NCBI GenBank assembly: GCA_026129335.1
Contig: JAHCIH010000001.1
Span: 92,678-156,677, forward strand
DNA: 64,000 nucleotides
Origin: Anaerolineales bacterium
GTDB taxonomy: Bacteria; Chloroflexota; Anaerolineae; Anaerolineales; UBA11579
Direction of reading: 5' to 3'
How positions within the stretch are numbered: the stretch's first letter is position 1; each line of letters starts with the position of its first letter. Both the position numbers and the translations under genes were made by a program. This document shows positions 23,725 through 32,726 of the stretch, in pieces. Under the pieces are notes generated by a model. That model made no database searches. It was not told the DNA's origin and saw nothing but the letters and a program-made list of their open reading frames with translations.

Positions 23725-24633
23725 ATGCCAAATATAGATACAGCCATAGAGGTTACAGGCCTGCAGATGCGCTATCGCAATCTTGTGGTTCTGGATGGTG
23801 TGGATTTTGCGCTGCGCCGCGGTGAGGTACTGGTGCTACTGGGTCCAAATGGAGCCGGGAAAACAACCATCATTGAAATTTTAGAAGGCTTTCGTGCGCG
23901 CTCTGGCGGTAGTGTGAGTGTCCTCGGGACTGATCCCGAACATGCCGACGAGGCCTGGCGTGCCCGCGTGGGTATCGTGCTCCAGTCGTGGCGTGATCAT
24001 TCAGCGTGGCAGGTACGAGGGTTGCTTAACCATTTCGGTAAATATTTCGGACCGTATTCAACCCCGGAGCGGGCGCGCCCTATGGGCACGGACGAACTGC
24101 TTGAACTTGTGGGCCTGACGAACCAGGCCCACAAAAAGGTGCGCGATCTCTCGGGAGGTCTGCGTCGCCGCCTGGACATCGCCATCGGTCTCGTGGGCAA
24201 TCCCGAGCTTCTCTTTCTGGACGAGCCAACAGTCGGGTTTGACCCCAAAGCCAGGCGCGAATTTCATGATGTGATTCACCGGCTGGCTGACATGCAAGGG
24301 ACGACCATTTTGCTGTCCACGCATGATCTGGATGAAGTCGAAAAATTGAGCGATCGCATTCTGATCTTAGCCGGCGGAAAAATTGTCGCCAACGGCAGCG
24401 CCGACCAACTGGCAAAAGAGTTCTCCAAACAAACAGAGGTGATTTGGACGCAAGATAACCAACGCCATGTCCACGCGGGCAGCGATGCAGCCGAGTTCAC
24501 TCGCAAGCTTCTGGCTCAACATCCGGAAGGCATTAGCAATCTGGAAATTCGCGGCACCAGTCTGGAAGATACTTACATGACCATTGTCGAAACATACGAG
24601 ACGAAACCCAAACAGAAAGAGGGAAAGCAGTGA
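23725..24633 (+). CDS. ABC transporter ATP-binding protein
   Basis: Walker A GPNGAGKTT, signature LSGGLRRR, and Walker B LLFLDEPT. The ATG at 23725 has an AAGGAAGAAG RBS. Confidence 0.92.
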   Translation: MPNIDTAIEVTGLQMRYRNLVVLDGVDFALRRGEVLVLLGPNGAGKTTIIEILEGFRARSGGSVSVLGTDPEHADEAWRARVGIVLQSWRDHSAWQVRGLLNHFGKYFGPYSTPERARPMGTDELLELVGLTNQAHKKVRDLSGGLRRRLDIAIGLVGNPELLFLDEPTVGFDPKARREFHDVIHRLADMQGTTILLSTHDLDEVEKLSDRILILAGGKIVANGSADQLAKEFSKQTEVIWTQDNQRHVHAGSDAAEFTRKLLAQHPEGISNLEIRGTSLEDTYMTIVETYETKPKQKEGKQ

Positions 24634-25463
24634 AATCACTAATCAATGTGATCCACCTTGGTCTGGCCCGGGGATGGACCGAGTTTTCGATACCTATCCT
24701 CACCTGGCAAGGGCTATTGGGGGCGCTGTTTGCTCCAGTCATGCTGCTTGTGATTTTGTGGCTCTTCCGCGAGAGGCAAGCTGAAGGTGTTTCCATGGCT
24801 CTGTTAATGCTGCCAGGTTTTTTGAGCTTCCAGTTAGCCCAGGAGGGCCTGGTAGGGGTTGCCCAAAAGCTCGCCCTTGACCGAGAGGATGGCACGCTTC
24901 TGCGGGCCAAGGCGCTACCCCAAGGAATGTTGGCCTATTTGATCGCTCGGGTCGTGGTGATCGTACTTTCAGCTCTCATGAACTTGATGCTTGTGCTCAT
25001 CCCGGTGTTTTTCATTGTGCCCGGTTTAGCAAATGTCGATGGCGCCGGTTTCGTGACTTTGGCGTGGGTTTTTGCTCTGGCTTTTTTGGCAATCGTCCCC
25101 ATCGGCGCAGTCATTGGTGCCATAGTGAAAAGCCCTGTGGCTGCTCTCGCCTTGTCTCTTTTGCCCATGGGAGCCATGGTTGCAATTTCGGGAATTTTTT
25201 ATCCGCTTACCACCCTGCCTGTGATTAGTGAGATCTTTCCAGTGTATTGGCTGGGCCATGGCCTTCGTTCGGCTTTATTGCCCGAAACTGCCGCAGTACT
25301 TGAGATCGGTGGTTCATGGCGGCCTCTTGAAACCGCCCTCGTTCTTGCTGCTTGGGCCGCTGGAGGTTTGTTATTAGCGCCTGGCATTCTGCGCCGCATG
25401 GCCCGCCGCACCTCCGGGAGCGAAATGGAGGCTGGAAGACGGCGCTATACTCAGAGGGGTTAG
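24630..25463 (+). CDS. ABC-2 type transporter permease
   Basis: Six hydrophobic segments. The GTG start overlaps the ATPase stop (GTGA). Confidence 0.8.
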   Translation: MKSLINVIHLGLARGWTEFSIPILTWQGLLGALFAPVMLLVILWLFRERQAEGVSMALLMLPGFLSFQLAQEGLVGVAQKLALDREDGTLLRAKALPQGMLAYLIARVVVIVLSALMNLMLVLIPVFFIVPGLANVDGAGFVTLAWVFALAFLAIVPIGAVIGAIVKSPVAALALSLLPMGAMVAISGIFYPLTTLPVISEIFPVYWLGHGLRSALLPETAAVLEIGGSWRPLETALVLAAWAAGGLLLAPGILRRMARRTSGSEMEAGRRRYTQRG

Positions 25464-25473
25464 TCGACCATTT

Positions 25474-25719
25474 ATGGAAAGCGACAGCATTCTTTTCAAC
25501 CGCATCGCCGTGCTGCGGGCGGAACGGCAAATATCGCGACGCGAGTTGGCAAATGCGTTAGGTATTCACTACCAAACAGTGGGCTATCTGGAGCGCGGCG
25601 AATTTAATCCCAGCTTACAACTCGCCTTACGTATTGCGGACTTTTTTGGTGTACCAGTAGAGACCGTGTTTTCCCTAAAACCGTTTGAGGGGATTGGCAA
25701 ATCTTCTATTGACGGTTGA
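25474..25719 (+). CDS. XRE/Cro-C1 family helix-turn-helix transcriptional regulator (short YozG-like type)
   Basis: IAVLRAERQISRRELANALGIHYQTVGYLERGEFNPSLQLALRIADFFGVPVETVF. Confidence 0.88.
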   Translation: MESDSILFNRIAVLRAERQISRRELANALGIHYQTVGYLERGEFNPSLQLALRIADFFGVPVETVFSLKPFEGIGKSSIDG

Positions 25720-25740
25720 TAGCCGCACCATTTGAAGATC

Positions 25741-27627
25741 TTACCTGCCGCGCGCCCACAGGGCCAGGCAGGCCAGCGCCCAGAGACGCTTGCCGTGGTC
25801 TTGTTTGCCGGCGGCGTGCTCGGCGAGCAGCTGCACCAGTGTTTCACGCTGCAGCCAGCCGGCCAGCGGGCCGCCGGGCTCCAGCAGCGTCTCGTGCAGC
25901 CAGCCTTGCAGCGGGCCGCGCAACCAAGCGCCCACGGGGATGCCGAAGCCCTGCTTGCCTTTGCCCGCCACCTCGGGCGGAAGCAGGTCGGCGAAGGCCT
26001 TGCGCAGTAGCATCTTGCCCTGGCGGCCGCGTAGCTTGAAGCGCCCCGGCAGCCGCGCCGCCCAGGCGACCAGTTCGTGGTCGAGCAGCGGCGAGCGGCC
26101 TTCCAAGCCGTGGGCCATGGTCATGCGGTCGGCTTTGACCAGCAGGTCGCCGGCCAGGTAGCTCTTGACGTCGGCGTACAGCGTGCGGTCCAGGCGCGTG
26201 CGCGCCGGCGCGGCGGCGTACAGGGCAGCCATCTCCTTTTCGGCGCGGGCGAGATCGAACTGCGCGGCGAAGTCTGGCTGCCAGAGAGCAGCTTTCTGTC
26301 GGGCGGAGAAATAGGAGCCCCAGCGCAGCAGCGAAGCGCGCTTATCGATCTCGACCAGCTGCGGCAGGCGCTTGATGCCGTTGGCCAGGCTGCCGCCCAC
26401 CGGGCGGTCGCTGTGGTCGGGCAGGGCAGCGGCCAGCGCCGGCACCAGCCGGCGACTCAGAAGGCCGGGCAGGCGCAGGTAGCCGTCGGCGTAGCCGTCC
26501 AGCCAGTAGCGCTGGTAGCCGGCGAAGGATTCGTCGCCGCCATCGCCGTTCAAGGCGACGGTGACGTGCTCGCGGGTCAACCGCGCCAGGAGATACAGCG
26601 GTAGGGCCGAGGGGTCGGCGAAGGGCTCGCCGAAGTGACCCAGCAGCGTTTCCAACGTGGCGGGGATGTCGCCGAAGGTCAGGGTGAATTCGTGATGGTC
26701 GGTGGCATAGCGCTGGGCCACGGCGCGGGCGTAGGGCAGTTCGGAGAAGTGGGTCTCCTCGAAGCCCACCGAGAAGGTCTTCACCGCGCCGCTGCTGGCC
26801 TCGGCCATCAGGGCGACGACGATGCTGGAGTCGATCCCGCCGCTGAGGTGCGCGCCCAGCGGCACTTCGCTGATCAAGCGCATGCGCACCGCCTCGCGGG
26901 CCAGCCCGCGCAGTTCTTCGATGAGTTCGCCTTCGCTCGCTTGATGCTTGGGTTCGTAGTCCAGATCCCAATACGGTTCAATGCGCAGCTGCCCACCCTG
27001 CCAGACCATGCGGTGGGCGGCGGGCAGCTTGTACACGCCCTGGTAGGCGGTGTAGGGCTCGGGTACGTATTGCAGGCTGAGATAATCGTCGATCGCCTGC
27101 AGATCAATCTCCGGCTGCTGCGGCAGCGCGCTGAGCAACGCCTGCAGCTCGGAGGCAAAGTAGAGCTGCCCGCCCTGCACACTGTAGAACAGCGGCTTCT
27201 TGCCCAGGCGGTCACGGGCCAGCAGCAAGCGCTCCCTCTGGCTGTCCCAAAGGGCGAAGGCAAACATACCGCGCAGGTACTGCACGCACTCGTCGCCGTG
27301 TTCTTCGTAGAGATGGACGATGCACTCGGTGTCGGTGTTGGTGGTGAAGCGGTGTCCCTGCTTTTCCAGCATTTCGCGCAGTTCGGGATAGTTGTAGCAT
27401 TCGCCGTTGAAGACGATGGCGATGGTCTTGTCTTCGTTGAAGATGGGCTGGTCGCCGCCGGCGACATCGATGATCGCCAGGCGGCGCATGGCCAAGCCCA
27501 CCCCGCCGCCCTCGAAGTAGCCTTCGCCGTCCGGGCCGCGGTGGGCGATAGCCGTGTTCAACTGGCGCAGCGCGGCCGTCTCCGGCCCGCGGCCGGCGCT
27601 CCCCGCAATGCCGCAGATGCCGCACAT
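25741..27627 (-). CDS. asnB: asparagine synthase (glutamine-hydrolysing) family amidotransferase
   Basis: Has the N-terminal MCGI nucleophile and an SGGIDSS PP-loop. It is the last gene of the glycan cluster, so it may act as a sugar amidotransferase rather than in Asn synthesis. Confidence 0.88.
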   Translation of the reverse strand: MCGICGIAGSAGRGPETAALRQLNTAIAHRGPDGEGYFEGGGVGLAMRRLAIIDVAGGDQPIFNEDKTIAIVFNGECYNYPELREMLEKQGHRFTTNTDTECIVHLYEEHGDECVQYLRGMFAFALWDSQRERLLLARDRLGKKPLFYSVQGGQLYFASELQALLSALPQQPEIDLQAIDDYLSLQYVPEPYTAYQGVYKLPAAHRMVWQGGQLRIEPYWDLDYEPKHQASEGELIEELRGLAREAVRMRLISEVPLGAHLSGGIDSSIVVALMAEASSGAVKTFSVGFEETHFSELPYARAVAQRYATDHHEFTLTFGDIPATLETLLGHFGEPFADPSALPLYLLARLTREHVTVALNGDGGDESFAGYQRYWLDGYADGYLRLPGLLSRRLVPALAAALPDHSDRPVGGSLANGIKRLPQLVEIDKRASLLRWGSYFSARQKAALWQPDFAAQFDLARAEKEMAALYAAAPARTRLDRTLYADVKSYLAGDLLVKADRMTMAHGLEGRSPLLDHELVAWAARLPGRFKLRGRQGKMLLRKAFADLLPPEVAGKGKQGFGIPVGAWLRGPLQGWLHETLLEPGGPLAGWLQRETLVQLLAEHAAGKQDHGKRLWALACLALWARGR

Positions 27628-28760
27628 CAGCCATCCCTCCCGGCCGCTTCCAACAGCTGTAAATAGGCCGCGGCCACTTGCGGCCAGCTGTACTCAGTTT
27701 CTACCCGGCGTCGGGCAGCGGCGCCCATGTGCTGGCGCAGGGCTGCGTCAGGCAGCAGGGTTTCCAGGGCATCTTTCAGGGCTTGGGTATCTTCGCTGGG
27801 CACCAGCACACCACAGTCTTCGGTCAGCAGGTCTTCATTGCCGGCAATCCGGCTGGCCAGCACGGGCAGGCCGCTGGCCATCGCCTCGAGCACGGCGTTG
27901 GGCATGCCTTCGTGCCGCGAGGGGTTGACGAATAGGTTGGCCTCAGCCAGCTTGCCGGGCAACTGCTCCCGGTTCAGCCAGCCGCAAAATTCTACCCGTT
28001 CGGCGATGCCCAGCGCGGCGGCTTGCTCGCGCAGTGCTTGCAGGCGCGGGCCGTCGCCGCCGATGGTCAAGCTCCAGGGCAGCTCGCGCAAACCGGCCAG
28101 GGCGTCCACCAGCAGGTCCAGACCTTTTTGGTAGACCACCCGGCCGACGAAAAGCAGCCGCGGCGGTTTCCAGTTGCGCTCGGCGGACGGGAAAGCAGCT
28201 GGGTCCACGCCGTTGGGGATGATTTCGATGGTAGTGCGGGCTTCGAAACGCCCCGCCAGCTCGCGCAAGCCATGGCTGTTGGCCACCACCGCTGCTGCGC
28301 GCCGCCACACGGCGCGCAGCAGCGGCCCCAGCAGGCGATGCTGGCGGGCGAAATCGTAGGGGCGGAAGCCAGGCACGTCGCCGCCACGTAAGCTGACCAC
28401 GTAGGGCAGGCGGAAGAAGAAACTCCACAGCCAGGCAGCCACCCCGCTGGGCGCGCCGAAGAAGGCCAGGGTCACATCAGGGTGCAGGCGGCGCAGCCAG
28501 GTGATGCCCAACAGGCCAGCCGAGAGGATGAAGACGGCCTGCTCGAGCGCCGTGGAACGGTCCTGCCTGCGACGCAACCCCGGCAGGCGGATGATGCGCA
28601 CGCCGTCGCGGGTCTCGTCGTGCGGCAGGCTGCCGTAGCGGGCAGTGAGCACGCTGACCTGCTGGCCCATGGCCGCGAACTGGCGGGCCAGCTGGGCGCT
28701 GGCGTTGCCCGCTCCCGCGCCGATGGGCGGGTATTCGCTGTTCAGGATGAGGATGTGCAT
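27627..28760 (-). CDS. glycosyltransferase family 4 (GT-B)
   Basis: Starts MHILILNSEYPPIGAGAGN and has the EGMPNAVLEAMASGLPV (E-x7-E) motif. Confidence 0.88.
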   Translation of the reverse strand: MHILILNSEYPPIGAGAGNASAQLARQFAAMGQQVSVLTARYGSLPHDETRDGVRIIRLPGLRRRQDRSTALEQAVFILSAGLLGITWLRRLHPDVTLAFFGAPSGVAAWLWSFFFRLPYVVSLRGGDVPGFRPYDFARQHRLLGPLLRAVWRRAAAVVANSHGLRELAGRFEARTTIEIIPNGVDPAAFPSAERNWKPPRLLFVGRVVYQKGLDLLVDALAGLRELPWSLTIGGDGPRLQALREQAAALGIAERVEFCGWLNREQLPGKLAEANLFVNPSRHEGMPNAVLEAMASGLPVLASRIAGNEDLLTEDCGVLVPSEDTQALKDALETLLPDAALRQHMGAAARRRVETEYSWPQVAAAYLQLLEAAGRDG

Positions 28761-28761
28761 C

Positions 28762-30759
28762 TTACTGGTCGCATTTGGGGTAGCGCGGCACCAACAACTG
28801 GATTGAAGGATTGTTCAGAGTGAGGATAGGGTCGTAAGCACACAAGACTGGGTGCGAAACGTTCCGCACCCAGTCATTGTTCTCCGCGGCCAGGGTGTCC
28901 TGACTTTCATCGACCAAATGCAAATAAAGGGGGTCGGTAACAATCAGCCCAAAGCGCTGCTCATCCAACAATTGAGCGAAGCGTTGCAGATAAGCCGTGT
29001 TGTTTGAAATTGCCATTTCCATCAGGAACAACTTTTCATAGTCGCGATACAACGGCACGTTTTCGATAAGGTCAAAGGTGAGTAGGTGCCGCTGCGAGAT
29101 GAACAATACATGGGTGCCATTGTCTAAGGCGCGCTGGGCCTCGGTTTGGACACGTAGCAACCATTGTTCAGCCTCTTGTGGAGGCGCCAAGCGCAGCAAA
29201 GGACCACCGCTGAGCACGGCAAAGCAAATCGGCAGGATTAAGAGTGCCGCCAACAACCAGGCGGGCACGCGCAGTGCCGGCAATTTGACAGACTGCTCTG
29301 GAGCATAGCGGCCCAATATCAGCGCGGCGGTCAGCACTAGCAGCAGCACCATATAGGCGTCCATATTGTGCAGGTTGGTACCGCCGCCGATCTTAACGCT
29401 GACCACCAGTCCGCCGACAAAGAAGATCAGCAGCAATGCACTCACGCCCAACCAGCGCCAGGTTCCGAGGCCCGCGCCGGGTTGGCGCAGACGCAAGGCC
29501 AGCAGGGCGAACAGCGGTGCGGAGACCAGTAGGATGCCGGGTAGGATGCCCAGTGGGAAAGCCGCATTGGGCCACAGGCGCTGCCAGAGCAGCGCCGAGG
29601 TGAACGAAGAGCTGAATTGCTCCGGCGGATTGCCGGAATTGGCGATGTAAAGCGCATAGGCACCCAGAGCCAGCAAGCTCCCGCCAATGGTGTACAGCGC
29701 CAGCTTCCAAAGGTAGTCTAACGAGAGCACTGAGTGGCGGGCGGCCGGGCGCACTTCAACGAAATAGAGCAGGGCGGCAAGGGCACCGGGCAGCGGAACC
29801 CAATTGATGCGGCTTAACCCCGCCCAAATGGAAGCCAGAGCGAGGAAAACCAACGTGCGTCCCAAGCGTTTGGGGTCGAACCCGACGAGCACCAGGAAAA
29901 CGCAGGGCAGCAGGTGATAGAAGACCGCGCCCTGCATCAGGAACAGGAACACCCACAAGATGAACAACAGACGCGGCACGGCTGGCGCCACCTGCAGGCG
30001 CCGGGCCAGCACCCAGGCGGTGAGCAGCGGCATGCTGACCCACAGCATCGCCTGCCACAGCCGGTGCACCCAGAGTTCGGCGCCGGGAATGAGGAAGGGC
30101 AGCGATTGGAGCATATAGCGGCTGGGGTGGGTCACTGGCCAGGGCAGCTTCACGCCATACACCGCCTCGCTGAAGAAGAACGAGGCCTGGTAGTAACGGC
30201 TGATTTCAGACCATTCCAGCGAAAAAGGGTAGGTCTGGACCATCAAAAAGAAGGTGGCCGCCAAATAGACACTGGCGATGGCCAACAGGCTGGCGGGCAA
30301 GGCGGAGAGCCAGCTGGATTTGCGCCAGGCGACCAGCAAGGTGGCGCCCAAAACGGCCAGCACCCAGAAAAGGAATAGCCGCGTATAGCCGTCGAGCATG
30401 AAGCGGCCGTAAAAACCCAGCGCCACCAAGGGCATCACGACCAGCAAGCCGGCGAACAGAACCGCAGCCAGGCCGCCCAGGCTGCGCTGAAGGGCGCGTT
30501 GCCAGCTGTCTAACCCGCGCAGCATGCGCCCCCCGAGTTGGGTCAACGAGAGCAGGGCGGCGACACCTAGCGCAGCCAGCAAGCCATAACCCAGGTACAG
30601 AGCCCCCCGAAAGCGCACCGAGGTAAAGAACAACTCCTCAGCAATGATCTGGTCGCCGAAATTGCCCACGGCGGCCGTGCCCAACAGCAGGCTGAACCAC
30701 AGGCCAAGGCGCAAAGCCGTCAGGCTATTGGGTTGTTGAAATCGGGGCCAGGTTGCCAT
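28762..30759 (-). CDS. large polytopic membrane protein (about 14+ TM segments) with a C-terminal extracytoplasmic domain; possible GT-C type glycosyltransferase or polymerase
   Basis: Roughly 665 aa, hydrophobic throughout the first 480 aa, within a glycan cluster. The start is ATG 30759 or TTG 30771. Function is inferred from context only. Confidence 0.55.
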   Translation of the reverse strand: MATWPRFQQPNSLTALRLGLWFSLLLGTAAVGNFGDQIIAEELFFTSVRFRGALYLGYGLLAALGVAALLSLTQLGGRMLRGLDSWQRALQRSLGGLAAVLFAGLLVVMPLVALGFYGRFMLDGYTRLFLFWVLAVLGATLLVAWRKSSWLSALPASLLAIASVYLAATFFLMVQTYPFSLEWSEISRYYQASFFFSEAVYGVKLPWPVTHPSRYMLQSLPFLIPGAELWVHRLWQAMLWVSMPLLTAWVLARRLQVAPAVPRLLFILWVFLFLMQGAVFYHLLPCVFLVLVGFDPKRLGRTLVFLALASIWAGLSRINWVPLPGALAALLYFVEVRPAARHSVLSLDYLWKLALYTIGGSLLALGAYALYIANSGNPPEQFSSSFTSALLWQRLWPNAAFPLGILPGILLVSAPLFALLALRLRQPGAGLGTWRWLGVSALLLIFFVGGLVVSVKIGGGTNLHNMDAYMVLLLVLTAALILGRYAPEQSVKLPALRVPAWLLAALLILPICFAVLSGGPLLRLAPPQEAEQWLLRVQTEAQRALDNGTHVLFISQRHLLTFDLIENVPLYRDYEKLFLMEMAISNNTAYLQRFAQLLDEQRFGLIVTDPLYLHLVDESQDTLAAENNDWVRNVSHPVLCAYDPILTLNNPSIQLLVPRYPKCDQ

Positions 30760-30767
30760 ACCTTCGT

Positions 30768-31733
30768 TCAACCGTCGAGCTTGGTGAGCAGCGGCTGCGC
30801 CTTGGCCATCCCTGGCAATACGTCGGAGAGGGCCAGCGCCCCCGGCAGGCTGACCAACACGTACAGGGTGCGCACCATAAGAGCCAACACCAGGCTATTG
30901 GCCGCGGAGACCCCGCCCAAGGCGCTGAATGCATAGCTGATTGAAAACTCCTGCAGCCCCCAGCCGCTGATGCTGATCGGAACCAGGGTGACGATGTAGA
31001 CCAGGCTGTACAAACCGGCTATTGTCCAGAAGGGCAGCAGGTCGTGCATGCCGTCCAAAAGCAGATGTAGTGTCAGGAACAGACAGCCCATGTGCACAAA
31101 AGTAAAAACCAGTGCGGTGAGCAGTGCGCGCGGCTGGCTGAGCCACAGTTCGATGGTTTTGAGCAGGCGCTGCCAGATCTTGCGCAAGCGCTGGGCCATG
31201 CGCGCCAACCAGCTTTCGCCCGCAGCCAGCCCGGCCAGCGGCAGGGCCGCTCCGGCGGGCAGGTTGGCTGCGGCCAACAAGCGCAGCCCGATCGGCAGCG
31301 TGAAAGCAAAGCCAGTCAGACCCACTAGGCGGTCAGCCACGAGGGAGGCCGCCGAAACGGCCGCGTCGTAGCCGTACTGCAAGGCGCCCGCCATGCGGGC
31401 GACATCGCCGCCCACAGTGGTCGGCAGGAAGTTGTTGGCGAACAGGCCGGCGAAGGTGATGCGCAGGCTTTGCAGCCAGCCGGCTGGCACTCCGCCGGAA
31501 CGCAGCAGCACGTACCAGCGACGAGCCACAGCCAGCCGCGAAATCAAGGTCAGTAGGATGGCGGCCAGAAAGCGCCACACTTCAATGCGGGCAACCGCGG
31601 CGGAAATTTCGTCCCAGCCTTGCTGGCGGATGAGGTAGATGACCAGGCCGAGCGTGATCAGCGAGCCCAGGCCGCGCAGAAGACCACCAGGGGAGAGCCA
31701 TCCTGGGCGGCTAGTCTTGCTTGCCACCCTCAC
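30768..31733 (-). CDS. UPF0104/LPG-synthase-TM (flippase-like) family membrane protein
   Basis: LVIYLIRQQGWDEI...R...RWYVLL and LRITFAGLFANNFLPTTVGGDVAR are the characteristic motifs. The start is GTG 31733 or GTG 31727 (GGAGG upstream). Confidence 0.75.
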   Translation of the reverse strand: MRVASKTSRPGWLSPGGLLRGLGSLITLGLVIYLIRQQGWDEISAAVARIEVWRFLAAILLTLISRLAVARRWYVLLRSGGVPAGWLQSLRITFAGLFANNFLPTTVGGDVARMAGALQYGYDAAVSAASLVADRLVGLTGFAFTLPIGLRLLAAANLPAGAALPLAGLAAGESWLARMAQRLRKIWQRLLKTIELWLSQPRALLTALVFTFVHMGCLFLTLHLLLDGMHDLLPFWTIAGLYSLVYIVTLVPISISGWGLQEFSISYAFSALGGVSAANSLVLALMVRTLYVLVSLPGALALSDVLPGMAKAQPLLTKLDG

Positions 31734-32724
31734 CTCCGATGCTATAGCGCACGGTGTAAATGGGCTTGGACTGCGATTCGTGATAGGTGCGCACAGACAT
31801 CTCGGCCAGGAGGCCCATCAGGATGGATTGGACGCCCAGCAGGCACAGTAAAGCGCTGACCAGGAAGATGGGCGAGTCCACCGTGCCGGTGCCGTACAAA
31901 GTGCGGCGGATGAACAGGAAAAGCAGGCCTGCCCCGCCCAAGCCGACGAAGCCCATGCCCACGCCGCCGAACAAATAGATCGGCTTGTTGACGAAACCGC
32001 CCATGAACTTGACTGTGAACAGATCCAGGATAACTTTGACGGTGCGCTCCAGACCGTACTTGCTGGTGCCGTGCATGCGGGGGTAGTGATTCACGGGCAC
32101 TTCGGTGATGCGAGCACCTACCTGGCCGGCGTAAGCGGGGATGAAACGATGCATCTCGCCGTACAGGCGAAAGCCGGTGAGCACCTCCCGGCGGTAGGCT
32201 TTGAGTGTGCAGCCGTAATCGTGGAGGTGCACGCCCGTAACCCTTGAGATGATCCAGTTGGCCACCCGTGAGGGGAAAGTGCGAGTAATGAAGTTGTCCT
32301 TACGATATTTACGCCAGCCGCTAGCCAGGTCGTATCCGTTCTCGATTTCCTCGAGCAGGCGGGGGATATCCGCGGGGTCGTTCTGCAGGTCACCATCCAT
32401 CAGCACGATGACCTCGCCGGCCGAATAGTCGATGCCGGCGGAAAGGGCGGCGGTCTGCCCAAAATTGCGCCGCAGGGCTACTACGCGGGTATGTTTGGCG
32501 TCTTTGGCGGCCAGTACCTCCAGCGCCTGCAAGCTGCCGTCAGAACTGCCGTCATCTACAAAGACGGCTTCCCAGACATGGCCGGTGGTCTGCATCGCCT
32601 CCGTAATGCGGCGGTGCAATTCCGGCACGCTCTGCACCTCGTTGAAGATCGGCACTACGATAGAGATACTCAGGCCGGGTTTGGCGGCGCGCGCGGTTTT
32701 GGGTTTCACTGTAGGTTCCAACAT
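31711..32724 (-). CDS. GT2 polyprenyl-phosphate glycosyltransferase (ArnC/GtrB/DPM1-like) with C-terminal TM helices
   Basis: Has SIVVPIFNE, FVDDGSSDGS and MDGDLQNDP (a DxD motif), plus two C-terminal TM helices. Confidence 0.88.
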   Translation of the reverse strand: MLEPTVKPKTARAAKPGLSISIVVPIFNEVQSVPELHRRITEAMQTTGHVWEAVFVDDGSSDGSLQALEVLAAKDAKHTRVVALRRNFGQTAALSAGIDYSAGEVIVLMDGDLQNDPADIPRLLEEIENGYDLASGWRKYRKDNFITRTFPSRVANWIISRVTGVHLHDYGCTLKAYRREVLTGFRLYGEMHRFIPAYAGQVGARITEVPVNHYPRMHGTSKYGLERTVKVILDLFTVKFMGGFVNKPIYLFGGVGMGFVGLGGAGLLFLFIRRTLYGTGTVDSPIFLVSALLCLLGVQSILMGLLAEMSVRTYHESQSKPIYTVRYSIGGEGGKQD

Positions 32725-32726
32725 GG

